Shown: one piece after another, positions 1 through 9,370 of the stretch
Layout: each line of letters starts with the position of its first letter
Numbering within the stretch: position 1 is the first letter of the stretch
Assembly: GCF_038871235.1 (NCBI RefSeq)
Contig: NZ_JAVZIN010000005.1
Location: 1 to 64,000, forward strand
DNA length: 64,000 nucleotides
Origin: Candidatus Hadarchaeum sp.
GTDB lineage: Archaea > Hadarchaeota > Hadarchaeia > Hadarchaeales > Hadarchaeaceae
Direction: 5' to 3'
Notes under the pieces: generated by a model
Databases searched by the model: none
Seen by the model: only the letters and a program-made list of their open reading frames with translations
Told to the model about the DNA's origin: nothing
Program-made: the position numbers and the translations under genes

Positions 1-40
1 CTTCGGAGAAAGGAAGAAGAAACAAAAAGAAAGGCAGAGT

Positions 41-784
41 TTAGTCGTATAGCTTGGTGATACCAGCCTTGTCGCCAGTATACAGATTCCTCTTGACTAT
101 TTCGCCTAAATCACTGTAGCCGTACATAGTTTCTTGGTACGCGGGGTCTTGGTACAAATCGTCTAATCCAGCCCCATGTCCTAACTCATGGGTTACTATA
201 TTCTGAAGGTCCATCACGCTTGCCATCGTCGTGGAGTCCCCCCATGCATAGTCCGTGTCAAGGACCATGTCGAACTCGAGGATCGTCTTCGTCTTGGTAT
301 TGTACCAGACGATCGTCACGGCGATAACACCGCTAGTGGGATAGTTACCCCAAACTATCGTGTTCTTGCCGTCAAGCTTGTCGCTCGTCCATGCGAGGTC
401 GTCATAGCCTTTAATTGTAATTGTGATGGTGTTGTCAAATAGGTCCACAGGGACTCCTCCCCACCCGCTGTACGCACCGTCGTCCCACTCTTCAGCCGCC
501 GTTCCTATGGTCGTTAGTACAAACGTTTCACCAAGGCCAGAAGGGTTAGCAGGGTTAACTTCCATATGGACCGGGAAACTCTTCCACTTTGCACCTAAGA
601 GTTTATAAAAGCCCTCTTCGCCGCCTGGCTTTCCTTTCCCGGGATTATCCGGCTTCGCGCGGTGAATGAATATCTTCTGCGCGATGTCTGGAGGTCCTAG
701 ACTATCTGACTTCGCGAGCACTGGCACCACTATTATCCCAAAAAGGAGTACAACAAACAACATCGCCGGCAATACTCTTTTCAA
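41..784 (-). CDS. Secreted matrixin-like (metzincin) zinc metalloprotease
   Basis: N-terminal signal peptide; HELGHGAGLDD zinc motif followed by Met-turn ETMYG. Confidence 0.8.
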   Translation of the reverse strand: MKRVLPAMLFVVLLFGIIVVPVLAKSDSLGPPDIAQKIFIHRAKPDNPGKGKPGGEEGFYKLLGAKWKSFPVHMEVNPANPSGLGETFVLTTIGTAAEEWDDGAYSGWGGVPVDLFDNTITITIKGYDDLAWTSDKLDGKNTIVWGNYPTSGVIAVTIVWYNTKTKTILEFDMVLDTDYAWGDSTTMASVMDLQNIVTHELGHGAGLDDLYQDPAYQETMYGYSDLGEIVKRNLYTGDKAGITKLYD

Positions 785-1259
785 ATAATCCCCTCGAACT
801 TTTTCCTAATATAAAATACGACCGAGTATAAATAATAGTTTCGTTCTCAATCCAACCTTACGCCTATCCTAAAAATATGTCCTCAACGAAAGTGAAGCCG
901 TGGTATTCAAAGAATTTTTCCATGATTTAATTTTGAAATCAGATTGGAGGATTACCTGTAGAAATTATGTACAGCTGGCTGAATCACCCCTAAGTTTCAC
1001 CAAGTCCAACCATCAGGCCGCTGCTTGAAAAAAATGGGATAAAGGAAACTGTTGAAAAACAGGCCCCCAACGCTTTTTCCCACCCATACCGAGCACCAAC
1101 AAATTTTCGGCGGTTTGGCGGAGAATACGGGAACTCGTTGAACCGGGCGGCTTTGGTCTAAGCCTTTGCGGCTCGAAAATTTAGGCCTGAAATCCATTCT
1201 TTTTTACGAATGCTGTCTGAAAGCCTTTTTATGTTTAGCTCGAACTTAAATTGACTGCT

Positions 1260-1778
1260 ATGCCCCATATCCCTAATAAGCCAAAAATTAAAGTTGGAAA
1301 AATTTCACAGATCGGAATTGTCACGAAAAATGTTGATAACGCCGTTAAAAGGTATTGGGAAACTTTAGGAATTGGGCCCTGGAAAATTCACCGATATGAA
1401 CCCCCGAACCTCAGGGACACCAAACTCCGTGGTGTGCCCGCAAAATACTCCATGAAAATAGCGCTGGCCAAAGTAGGCAGTATCGAGTTAGAATTAATCG
1501 AGCCATTGAAAGGACCAAACCTTTATGAAGAATTTTTGGCGAAGAGGGGCGAAGGTTTTCACCACATAGCCAAATACCAAAAAGGAGATCTGAAAAAGGA
1601 ACTTGATGCGTTTGAGGCTATGGGAATCAAAGTTCTTATGTCTGGCAAGTGTAAAGGCGTTGAGTTCTATTATCTGGACACGGAGCCGATTCTGGGCATA
1701 ATTTACGAGCTGGTAAGAATTGGTAAGGGAGGCGTAATACCTCCGGTGGCCGTCTATCCTCCTGCAGAGTTGCGATGA
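1260..1778 (+). CDS. VOC/glyoxalase family protein (methylmalonyl-CoA epimerase-like)
   Basis: QIGIV...IELELIEP...GEGFHHI...YLDT..LG.IYEL pattern. Confidence 0.8.
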   Translation: MPHIPNKPKIKVGKISQIGIVTKNVDNAVKRYWETLGIGPWKIHRYEPPNLRDTKLRGVPAKYSMKIALAKVGSIELELIEPLKGPNLYEEFLAKRGEGFHHIAKYQKGDLKKELDAFEAMGIKVLMSGKCKGVEFYYLDTEPILGIIYELVRIGKGGVIPPVAVYPPAELR

Positions 1779-1857
1779 CCTTCAAAAATTATCTGTTAAC
1801 CTCTTGACAAAAAAGTGAAAATTTACGGCACCAACACTTTTTTAGAAAGATGAATTT

Positions 1858-2616
1858 TCAATCCATTCGTTCAATGATTTTCTTCAGTTCTAAAGCGTTT
1901 TTGTACATCTCCGTGTTATTGAACAAAACATATACTTCCTCATGAGTTCCCTCCAGTTCCTTGACTTTTTTCGCCAGTTCTTCGAGTTCAGCCCCAGTGT
2001 AACAATAACGATAATCATATTCGCGTGGGTTTAGGCCGTGTAATCTGGTGTAGGCGACCGGATGCTCTGAAACTGGCCAGCGACGCATGAGATCAACGAC
2101 ATGCACCAAATCCAGTTCTCGGCAAATTCTCTTCACCTTGTCAGCGTTCTCCAGCCAGTCCCCACGCGGCTCCCATGCTAAGATAAGGTCGCTTCGGTCA
2201 ATTCTTCTCAGAAAGCTGACCATATTTCTAATATTCTCCTCAGTACATCTGAAGTTCGGCGGGGTCTGTATGACGCAAATTTTCGCCCTTAGAGCGACAC
2301 AGATCTCCTTCGTGCGCTGCCAGGCCTCAAGATTTTCCTCGGTCGGTCGGAGCCAGCCGTAATTCCTCTCCTGCTCTGGTGTCAGCTTCAGCCCGGAGCG
2401 CCTCCAGGTCGGGCTCGAGGGAAGATGAGTAACGGCCTGCCAGGCTTTCACAGTTATCTCGAAATCATCCGGAACCTCACCGCGCCATCGCTGGGCGGTC
2501 TTAAGCATCGGCAATTTATAGAAGGTCTGCTGACATTCGACCAAGGGAAACTTTCGCGCGTAGGCCTTCAGCCCACCTTTATAGAAGCCCCACCCGCAAC
2601 AGCCGATCTTCATCAT
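1858..2616 (-). CDS. DUF72 domain protein
   Basis: IGCCGW, VECQQTFY, VKAWQAVTH, QTPP, WEPRG, YTRLHG and VLFNN motifs. Confidence 0.85.
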   Translation of the reverse strand: MMKIGCCGWGFYKGGLKAYARKFPLVECQQTFYKLPMLKTAQRWRGEVPDDFEITVKAWQAVTHLPSSPTWRRSGLKLTPEQERNYGWLRPTEENLEAWQRTKEICVALRAKICVIQTPPNFRCTEENIRNMVSFLRRIDRSDLILAWEPRGDWLENADKVKRICRELDLVHVVDLMRRWPVSEHPVAYTRLHGLNPREYDYRYCYTGAELEELAKKVKELEGTHEEVYVLFNNTEMYKNALELKKIIERMD

Positions 2617-2686
2617 CTTTAGTATCCGCACTCCAGCAGAAAAACAGTTCGGAAATTTTTAAACCATGTCCAACAAACGATGTTTT

Positions 2687-3722
2687 ATGGAAAAGGTCGG
2701 AGTCGGGATCGCCGGTTTAGGATTTATGGCCCGGGTTCATTCAAGGGCTTTGGTCGAGATCCCGGAGGCAAAGATAGTTGCTGCCTGGTCCAAGTTTCCT
2801 GAAGAACATGGAAAATTTGAAGTTCGCGGATGGACTTGGGTTCAAGATCAAGAGGTTTTATACCGAAATTGAAAAAATGGCCAGCGATCCTGAAGTCGAG
2901 GCGGTCATCTGCGCCATACCTCCCAGATTCATGGTACCCGTTGCCGCCGAAATCATAGGAGCCGGAAAGACCGCCCTTCTAGAATGCCCACCTTCAGATA
3001 AACTGGAAGGAATAGACCAACTCAGTGAACTGGCAAAAAGACAAAAAGTTAAGGTAATGCCGGGACTCTACTACCGCTTTGTCCCCTGCTTCAGGAAGGT
3101 AAAGGATCTCATCGAAGCTGGTGAGATCGGCAGCCCAGTGTCTGTCGGCTTCAAAGAGTTCGTGCCAGCTGACAGCTTGGCTAGGCAATGGTCACCTGAT
3201 TCATGGTCTTGGAACATATCTAATGGTGGACCCATACCGATGATGACCATTTTCTGCATGGATCTGGCCCGCTGGATCTTGAAGTCAGAACCCATCTCAT
3301 TTTCAGCCTCGATCAGATGGTTGGAGCTCCCCAAGTACGGCACATTAGGATACCAAGTGACAAACGTGATCAGATTTAAAAACAATGTAGTCTGGAGCAA
3401 CGAATTCACTAGCGACGACAGTCCTCAAGCAGGTCCGCCGCTGAAGATGGAAATTCTGGACCATGAGGGCAACGCTGTGATCGTCGACGGACCTGAAAAG
3501 GTAATTCTTAGAACAGAGGGAGAGAGAAAGGAATGGTCCTTACAGCTATCTCGAACCGAGCGCTGTAGCCACAAGACTGAGGATAAGTATTTTCTCAGAT
3601 CGGTGGTTTTGAAAAAGGAAGAACCGGTAGTAAACTTAACGGACGCGAAAAAGGCGCTGATGATGTCGCTAGCAATTTTGAAATCATCCCAAAGCGAAAA
3701 TCCGGTCTCCTTCAAATCTTAA
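2687..3722 (+). pseudogene. Gfo/Idh/MocA oxidoreductase, frameshifted near 2815-2822
   Basis: Rossmann GIAGLGFMARVH in one frame (2687-2872); the rest of the family fold (LECPPS, RF, GEIG) is in the +1 frame (2778-3722). Confidence 0.7.
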
Positions 3723-3866
3723 TTTCACCAATTTCTTCCCATTGATAACTAAACCGTTTCCTCGTCTCTTTAAACATCCAAATTTCAAAAATCATGAACT
3801 ATAAGGTCTAACTGGCAAAAATTATCGCTTTTTTCGCAATTCCCAATTTTGAAATATCTCAATTTT

Positions 3867-3884
3867 CCAAAAAATCTTTAAAAA
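3867..3884 (+). promoter_or_regulatory. BRE/TATA-like promoter for ncRNA copy 1
   Basis: CCAAAAAATC-TTTAAAAA; the TATA-like octamer 3877-3884 lies about 22-29 nt upstream of the RNA 5' stem at 3906. Confidence 0.6.
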
Positions 3885-3905
3885 CAAAGACGCGGAAAGA
3901 ATAGT

Positions 3906-4139
3906 GCGGCAGGGATCAAAGCCTGCAGAGGTGGTCAAACCGGAGCCTACGGGCAACGGGGACCCGTGTAAAAACCCGGGCGAAAAACCGGGGAAGGACG
4001 CGGGTAAGTTCCGTGGAAGAACGGGACGAGACAGCGACTGCAGGAAAAAGATCCCAACACGAAAAGACGGCGAGTAAACGAAGTGGTCGAGATTCGTGAG
4101 CTCGCTGGACGAGTAGTGGAGGGATCGAGTCCCTGCCGC
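3906..4139 (+). ncRNA. Large structured ncRNA of unrecognised family, copy 1 (234 nt)
   Basis: 10-bp terminal stem GCGGCAGGGA/UCCCUGCCGC, several nested helices, GC-rich island in AT-rich intergenic DNA, upstream TATA, downstream T-tract; covaries with 21010-21209. Confidence 0.85.
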
Positions 4140-4149
4140 TTTTTATTTT
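4140..4149 (+). terminator. Oligo-T terminator of ncRNA copy 1
   Basis: TTTTTATTTT immediately after the terminal stem. Confidence 0.6.
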
Positions 4150-4190
4150 GGAATCTCAAGCCCTGAAAAGAATTTTTTCTCACTTTCCCG

Positions 4191-4334
4191 TCATTTTTTC
4201 TCAAAACGTTTGGCGTGACTCTCGCAACAAAAGAAGTACTCCTTGCCGCCGATAACCCTCTTGTGAACCGCAAAAACACACTTTTTTCCCTGAATCTCAG
4301 CTTGGCAGAGCTCGCACTTTATAAAATTCTTCAT
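4191..4334 (-). CDS. 47-aa TRASH/YHS-like metal-binding small protein (absent from ORF track)
   Basis: Manual translation [51 protein letters not shown] overlap with iscU stop; GGAGG upstream. Confidence 0.8.
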   Translation of the reverse strand: MKNFIKCELCQAEIQGKKCVFAVHKRVIGGKEYFFCCESHAKRFEKK

Positions 4335-4711
4335 CTTTTACCTCCCTTGGCTAGATAATCCTTTATGGCTGCATGCAGAGCATCGGCGGCCAAATTAGAG
4401 CAATGCATCTTCACTGGCGGCAATCCCCCAAGGTCCTTCGCCACGTCATCCCGAGTTATCCTCAAGGCCTCCTCGATGGTCTTTCCCTTGGCAAGTTCGG
4501 TTGTCATACTGCTTGTGGCTATTGCGGCGCCACAACCGAAGGTCTTGAACTTGATATCGGCTATCCTGTTGTCCTTCACCTTGATATAGATCGTCATCAT
4601 GTCTCCGCACACGGGGTTGCCAACCGTCCCAACGCCATCAGCGTCCGGAATTTCACCCATGTTGCGCGGATTCCTAAAGTGATCCATCACCTTTTCACTA
4701 TACATCCACAA
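4331..4711 (-). CDS. iscU: Fe-S cluster scaffold IscU/NifU
   Basis: [42 protein letters not shown]. Confidence 0.95.
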   Translation of the reverse strand: MWMYSEKVMDHFRNPRNMGEIPDADGVGTVGNPVCGDMMTIYIKVKDNRIADIKFKTFGCGAAIATSSMTTELAKGKTIEEALRITRDDVAKDLGGLPPVKMHCSNLAADALHAAIKDYLAKGGKR

Positions 4712-5879
4712 GCAACTCCTTTGGGGTAAGTGGAGACATCACACGTAACCTTTTCACAATTCCAGGTAATAAGCCCAGCACATAGTCCACGTCTTCCTCG
4801 CTGTTCTGTCTGCCGAGGGTGAACAGCAGCGACCCGTGTGCCTCCTCATGCTTCAGTCCCGTGGCCAGCAGCACATGAGAGGGCTCAAGCGTCTTTGAAG
4901 TACAGGCTGATCCTGAAGAGCAAGCCACCCCCTCCATGTCAAGACTTAGGATTAGCGCTTCTCCTTCGATGTAGCTAAATCTGACGTTGACATTGTTCGG
5001 CAGCCTGTGGGTCGGGTGCCCATTTAGGAACGATACGGGAATGTTATCCAAGATACCCCTAATTAGTTTGTCCCGAAGTCCCGCTAGCCTCCGGGACTCG
5101 TCCTTCATCTCGGCCTTGGCTATCTCCGCCGCCTTTCCCATCCCCACTATGCCTGGCAAGTTCTCGGTTCCCGACCTCAGCCCACGCTCCTGCCCGCCGC
5201 CCTGTATTAACGGTACGATTCGTACCCCGGACTTAAGATAAAGGGCCCCGACACCCTTAGGACCATAAATGTCGTTAGATGAAAGCGAGAGCAGGTCGAT
5301 ACCCTCGGCCTTGACATCTATGGGAACCTGACCCACTGCGGCCACCGCATCCACATGTAAAAGCGCACCACGCTCGTGGATTATGCCACTGATCTCCTTA
5401 ATTGGTTCAATCGTGCCTATCTCTCCGTTGGCATACATAATCGAGACCAGAATGGTCCTGTCCGTGAGCTCTCTTTTCAGCGCCTCCAGATCCACAACGC
5501 CATGCTTATCCACCGGAAGATAGGTGACCTCAAAACCTTGCTTCGTCAGCTCCTTGCAGGTGTTAATCACCGACATGTGCTCAATGGAACTGGTGATGAT
5601 GTGATTCCCTCGATCACGATTTCTCAGCGCTACTCCTTTGATAGCCAAGTTATTGCTTTCAGTCCCTCCAGAGGTGAAAATGATCTCCTCCTTCTTTGCT
5701 GCCCCAATCAACTCCGCGACCTTGCCCCGCGCCTCCTCCATTGCCTCACGAGCTTCATTGCCCGGAGTGTGAACTGTTGAGGGATTTCCATACTTCTGGG
5801 TGAAGTAGGGCAACATGGTCTTGAGAACCCGCTCATCCACCGGCCTCCCAGCGGCGTGATCAAGGTAAACCCTCTTCAT
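4698..5879 (-). CDS. iscS: Cysteine desulfurase IscS/NifS
   Basis: [29 protein letters not shown] catalytic Cys; the usual PLP-Lys motif (S.HK.YGPKG) reads [10 protein letters not shown]. Confidence 0.9.
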   Translation of the reverse strand: MKRVYLDHAAGRPVDERVLKTMLPYFTQKYGNPSTVHTPGNEAREAMEEARGKVAELIGAAKKEEIIFTSGGTESNNLAIKGVALRNRDRGNHIITSSIEHMSVINTCKELTKQGFEVTYLPVDKHGVVDLEALKRELTDRTILVSIMYANGEIGTIEPIKEISGIIHERGALLHVDAVAAVGQVPIDVKAEGIDLLSLSSNDIYGPKGVGALYLKSGVRIVPLIQGGGQERGLRSGTENLPGIVGMGKAAEIAKAEMKDESRRLAGLRDKLIRGILDNIPVSFLNGHPTHRLPNNVNVRFSYIEGEALILSLDMEGVACSSGSACTSKTLEPSHVLLATGLKHEEAHGSLLFTLGRQNSEEDVDYVLGLLPGIVKRLRVMSPLTPKELLVDV

Positions 5880-5891
5880 CTTACTACCTCA

Positions 5892-6257
5892 TCAGAAGCA
5901 TATCACGGCGTCTGCCTCTAAAACTCGGTCGTTTAGCGTGGCCGCACCGACGATCTTGGCTTGGTCCACAAAGTCACCTCGTCCCAATCCTAGCAGCATG
6001 CAACTCTGCTCGCAAACCTCGAGCTTCACCCCGGCTTGCACGGCTTGGTCCATCACCTGTTTTAGCGAAGGAAAGCTGCCCAACCTGATCCTCTCCGCCT
6101 CACCCTTCTTGACCACAGTGACACCTTTTATCAGGAAGTAGATTGTTGCCTCGATTCCCATCGCTGCAGCCGTTGTTGCCAAGATGAAGGGCGCATAGGT
6201 CCGCTCGGGTGTGTCAACGCCGCTGGTCTGAAGGTAGAGAATTTTTTTCCTCTCCAA
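5892..6257 (-). CDS. DsrE-family sulfur relay protein
   Basis: APFILATTAAAM, VCEQS, VGAATL; operonic with tusA/iscS. Confidence 0.85.
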   Translation of the reverse strand: MERKKILYLQTSGVDTPERTYAPFILATTAAAMGIEATIYFLIKGVTVVKKGEAERIRLGSFPSLKQVMDQAVQAGVKLEVCEQSCMLLGLGRGDFVDQAKIVGAATLNDRVLEADAVICF

Positions 6258-6269
6258 AATACCACCCCC

Positions 6270-6509
6270 TCATTTTTTTCTAATCAAAAACCTGAGGATT
6301 CCGCCCTCCTTGCTGAACTCCAAAATCTCATGTCCAAGATGCTTAACTAAGCTGCCGATGTCCTCCACCGCGGCAGGATCGTCAGCCAGAACTTCCAGCA
6401 CCTCACCAGAGTTCAGTTTATCCAGCTCCATGCGCGTTCTAAAAACTGGCTCCGGACAGTATAACCCCAGACAGTCCAAGGTAGTTTTCGGCTTCTCATC
6501 AGCGGGCAT
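6270..6509 (-). CDS. tusA: TusA/SirA sulfurtransferase
   Basis: LDCLGLYCPEP, LEVLADDP. Confidence 0.9.
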   Translation of the reverse strand: MPADEKPKTTLDCLGLYCPEPVFRTRMELDKLNSGEVLEVLADDPAAVEDIGSLVKHLGHEILEFSKEGGILRFLIRKK

Positions 6510-6771
6510 CGTCCCCTTGAAATTATGCCCCTGTTATATTATAAAGTTATCACTGAAAATCGATTCGTTCTTAAAAAAACGATTAAAATTCTTCAAATCA
6601 CTACCGTCACTGCGGTGGAAATCTCCATTGTTCTGATCAATACAAAAACATTCAAAAAGAGATTTGACCTTGGATCATTTTTCATCAGCTGAAACTACAG
6701 CTGGTGGTTTTGACTCTCAGAAATTAAAAAACGTATATAGAAAGCCGACCAACGCCTTTTAAGGGAGACCT

Positions 6772-7332
6772 ATGCCTCAGAGCGTCAACGTAAGACCAAT
6801 AGTTATCCAAGGCCTATCCGTCCTGATTCTGTGTGCCATCATCGAAATTCTAACCGGAAACATAATGGAGGGGATGAGTGAGAAGCTCACCGTTACTCTG
6901 CCCGGACTCATTCTGATAATTCCACCGCTTTTGGACCTGAGGGGGAACGTCAACGGCGCGTTAGCCTCCCGACTGGGTACTGCCCTTCACACTGGTATCT
7001 TGGAGCCCAAGTTTTCGATGACCGAAGAATTAAAAATTAATGTGGCCTCTTCATTGATCCTCAGCCTAATCGCCTCGGCCACCATCGGGGTAATCGCCTC
7101 TTTGATAAGCCTGCTCTTTGGAATAAGCGCCATTAACTTCATCACGCTCATTCTCGTCGCAGTGGCCGCCGGTTTCATCTCAGGCGTCATCTTAGCTGTC
7201 CTGACCGTCGCCGTTTCCATTTTCTCTTACATCCGTGGTTGGGATCCAGACAACATTACAGCGCCACTGATGGCCACAATCGGTGATTTGATCACCATGG
7301 TCTCAATTTTCATCGTTGTGCTGGCGGTGTGA
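6772..7332 (+). CDS. MgtE integral-membrane domain protein
   Basis: LRGNVNGALASRLGT.LH.G and WDPDNI..P...TIGD. Confidence 0.85.
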   Translation: MPQSVNVRPIVIQGLSVLILCAIIEILTGNIMEGMSEKLTVTLPGLILIIPPLLDLRGNVNGALASRLGTALHTGILEPKFSMTEELKINVASSLILSLIASATIGVIASLISLLFGISAINFITLILVAVAAGFISGVILAVLTVAVSIFSYIRGWDPDNITAPLMATIGDLITMVSIFIVVLAV

Positions 7333-7337
7333 GGAAG

Positions 7338-7898
7338 ATGACCGCCTACAGCCTCAAAAGAATATTGTGGGAAAGCTACCCGGTGCTCATCCTCTGCGCA
7401 GTGATCTCCTTAAGCGCGGGACTCATCCTCCAATCGCAGCTGGAGAGCATAAAGACGCTGCCGCTGATATTGGTGATGGTTCCTCCGATCAACGGTATAA
7501 ACAACAACGTCTGCAGCATACTTGGCTCGAGATTAACCTCAGCGCTGCACATCGGTACCATCGATCCTAAATTTGGTAAACAAGCGGTACTCAGAAGAAA
7601 TGTCCAAGCTACTTGGCTCATGAGCTTAGGTGTCTTTGTTTTCACCAGCGTTATCTTCTTCGCCATGGCTCTCATCTTCGGAATAAACCCGGTTCAATCA
7701 GTCGCGATCATGGGCGCCTTTTTCCTAGCCAGTATGGTGGCAATAGGCGTGACGATGTTCTGCACCGTCTGGCTCGCTTTCGTCTCGTTCTCCAAGGGCC
7801 TAGATCCAGACAACGTGGTGATTCCAATCGTCACCTCGATTGGTGATATTATCGGAGTTACATGTTTAATTATGGCGATGAAGATAATAGGAGTGTAG
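7338..7898 (+). CDS. MgtE integral-membrane domain protein (second half-transporter)
   Basis: SRLTSALHIG, LDPDNVVIPIVTSIGD. Confidence 0.85.
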   Translation: MTAYSLKRILWESYPVLILCAVISLSAGLILQSQLESIKTLPLILVMVPPINGINNNVCSILGSRLTSALHIGTIDPKFGKQAVLRRNVQATWLMSLGVFVFTSVIFFAMALIFGINPVQSVAIMGAFFLASMVAIGVTMFCTVWLAFVSFSKGLDPDNVVIPIVTSIGDIIGVTCLIMAMKIIGV

Positions 7899-7901
7899 AA
7901 A

Positions 7902-9095
7902 ATGCAGCTCCCAGAGTATAAACCGAGGAGCGTGCGCGAGCTCCTGACCGAGATGAAGGACACTTCTGACCTCATGGTGGACCTTGCTTACGCAGCCTTA
8001 CTCTACGAAAGCAAGGAGTTAGCCAATCTCGTCCACCAGCTGGAGTCTAAGATGGATGAGCTGATGTACACCATAAGGATCATGGCCGCCGTAGCGGCCA
8101 GGAATGTCAAGGAAGCCCATAAGATAACCGGAATACTGCAGGTGGCCAGCTCCGCCGAGGCCATCTCTAATGCCACCGGCGACATGGCCGACCTGATCAG
8201 CATGAAGATGGGCATTCATCCGGTGATAAAGGATGCCCTGCGCGCCGCTGATGAGAAAATAGTTAAGCTAAAGATCTCTCCTGGGTCAAATTTGGACGGT
8301 AAATCTCTACGCGAGATCAAACTGCCATCTAGTATAGGCGTCTGGGTACTGGCTATCAAAAGAAATGGGGAATGGGTGGCTCCAATAAGGAAGGACGCAC
8401 AGCTTCAAGCTGAGGATGAGCTGGTGGTGAAGGGTCCACTTTACGGGATAAGAATCATTCATGAAATGGCCGGAGCAAAATTCGAACCTTTCACCGCCGA
8501 AACTAGGCTGAAAAAGCTTCGTAACGAGATGGCCAAGATGCGTGACTTGAGCGACATCGCCGTGGACTTAGCCTACTCCTCGCTCATGCTGGGCTCGACG
8601 GAAGTTGCGGAGGAAGTCAGGGAGATAGAGGAAGCCTTCAACAAGTTTAACTATCAAACTTGGCTGGATACCTTAAAGATCGCTGCGGAAGAGAAGAAAA
8701 ACATCGCCAAGTTAAACAGCGTCCTCCAGATGGCGAGATATATGGAATCAATAACCGATGCAGCCGATTCCATTGTTGATGTCGTCATCAGAAAAATAGA
8801 GCTTCACCCGGTCTTCGCTAAGGCGCTCTCTGAATCTCTAGAAAAAATCTGTCGGGTAAAAATAGCTGCCGGTTCAAGGTTTGCGGGTAAAACGCTGGAA
8901 AAACTGAACCTCTGGGGCACCATTGGCGTCTACGTGCTGGTGATAAAGAGAGGCAATAAGCACATTATCACACCTGGTGGCAACGTTAAGCTCAAGGCCG
9001 ACGACATTGTGACTGTGCGCGGGTCTTTTGAGGGGATTGAAAAGTTCCAGAAGGAGGCCTGTACCATATGCGAACTATCTGGTGCAACGACATAG
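7902..9095 (+). CDS. PhoU / TrkA-C (RCK-C) tandem-repeat regulatory protein
   Basis: Two repeats of EMKD.S.LMVDLAY plus a TrkA-C domain; typical partner of archaeal MgtE pairs. Confidence 0.8.
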   Translation: MQLPEYKPRSVRELLTEMKDTSDLMVDLAYAALLYESKELANLVHQLESKMDELMYTIRIMAAVAARNVKEAHKITGILQVASSAEAISNATGDMADLISMKMGIHPVIKDALRAADEKIVKLKISPGSNLDGKSLREIKLPSSIGVWVLAIKRNGEWVAPIRKDAQLQAEDELVVKGPLYGIRIIHEMAGAKFEPFTAETRLKKLRNEMAKMRDLSDIAVDLAYSSLMLGSTEVAEEVREIEEAFNKFNYQTWLDTLKIAAEEKKNIAKLNSVLQMARYMESITDAADSIVDVVIRKIELHPVFAKALSESLEKICRVKIAAGSRFAGKTLEKLNLWGTIGVYVLVIKRGNKHIITPGGNVKLKADDIVTVRGSFEGIEKFQKEACTICELSGATT

Positions 9096-9370
9096 AGGAC
9101 CTGTTGAGCATCGCCAGAAACCAAGGCTGGCTCTTTTACTACCACCATCAAGGCAAACACTATTACTACCTCTATGTAGGTTCGGAACGAGAGATACTCT
9201 GCCTTGCCATCGAGGCCAAGGAAAAGCTGGCAGGCAAATACGTCACCATTGATGATGACGGAAACATCGTGACTTCCAACAAACCCATCATGCCAGCTTG
9301 CTCCAGAATCGTGGGCGTGGCCAAGGACGAGGAATTTGAGAAGCTCTTGGAGTTCCTTCGACCCAGCTAG
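9068..9370 (+). CDS. Hypothetical protein
   Basis: 100-aa ORF overlapping the upstream stop and abutting cgi121. Confidence 0.55.
   Translation: MRTIWCNDIEDLLSIARNQGWLFYYHHQGKHYYYLYVGSEREILCLAIEAKEKLAGKYVTIDDDGNIVTSNKPIMPACSRIVGVAKDEEFEKLLEFLRPS

Noticed and set aside
3926-4115. Lysine-riboswitch-like words (AGAGGUG, AGUA, GAAA) and 16S-like CCUACGGG
   Set aside because: Element order and helix topology do not fit. CCUACGGG is simply a cUNCGg tetraloop, with no flanking rRNA similarity.
3947-4279. 110-aa minus-strand ORF, and ORFs 20998-21213 and 21045-21281, over the RNA loci
   Set aside because: Low-complexity R/P/S-rich translations with no recognisable motifs; they are shadows of GC-rich structured RNA.
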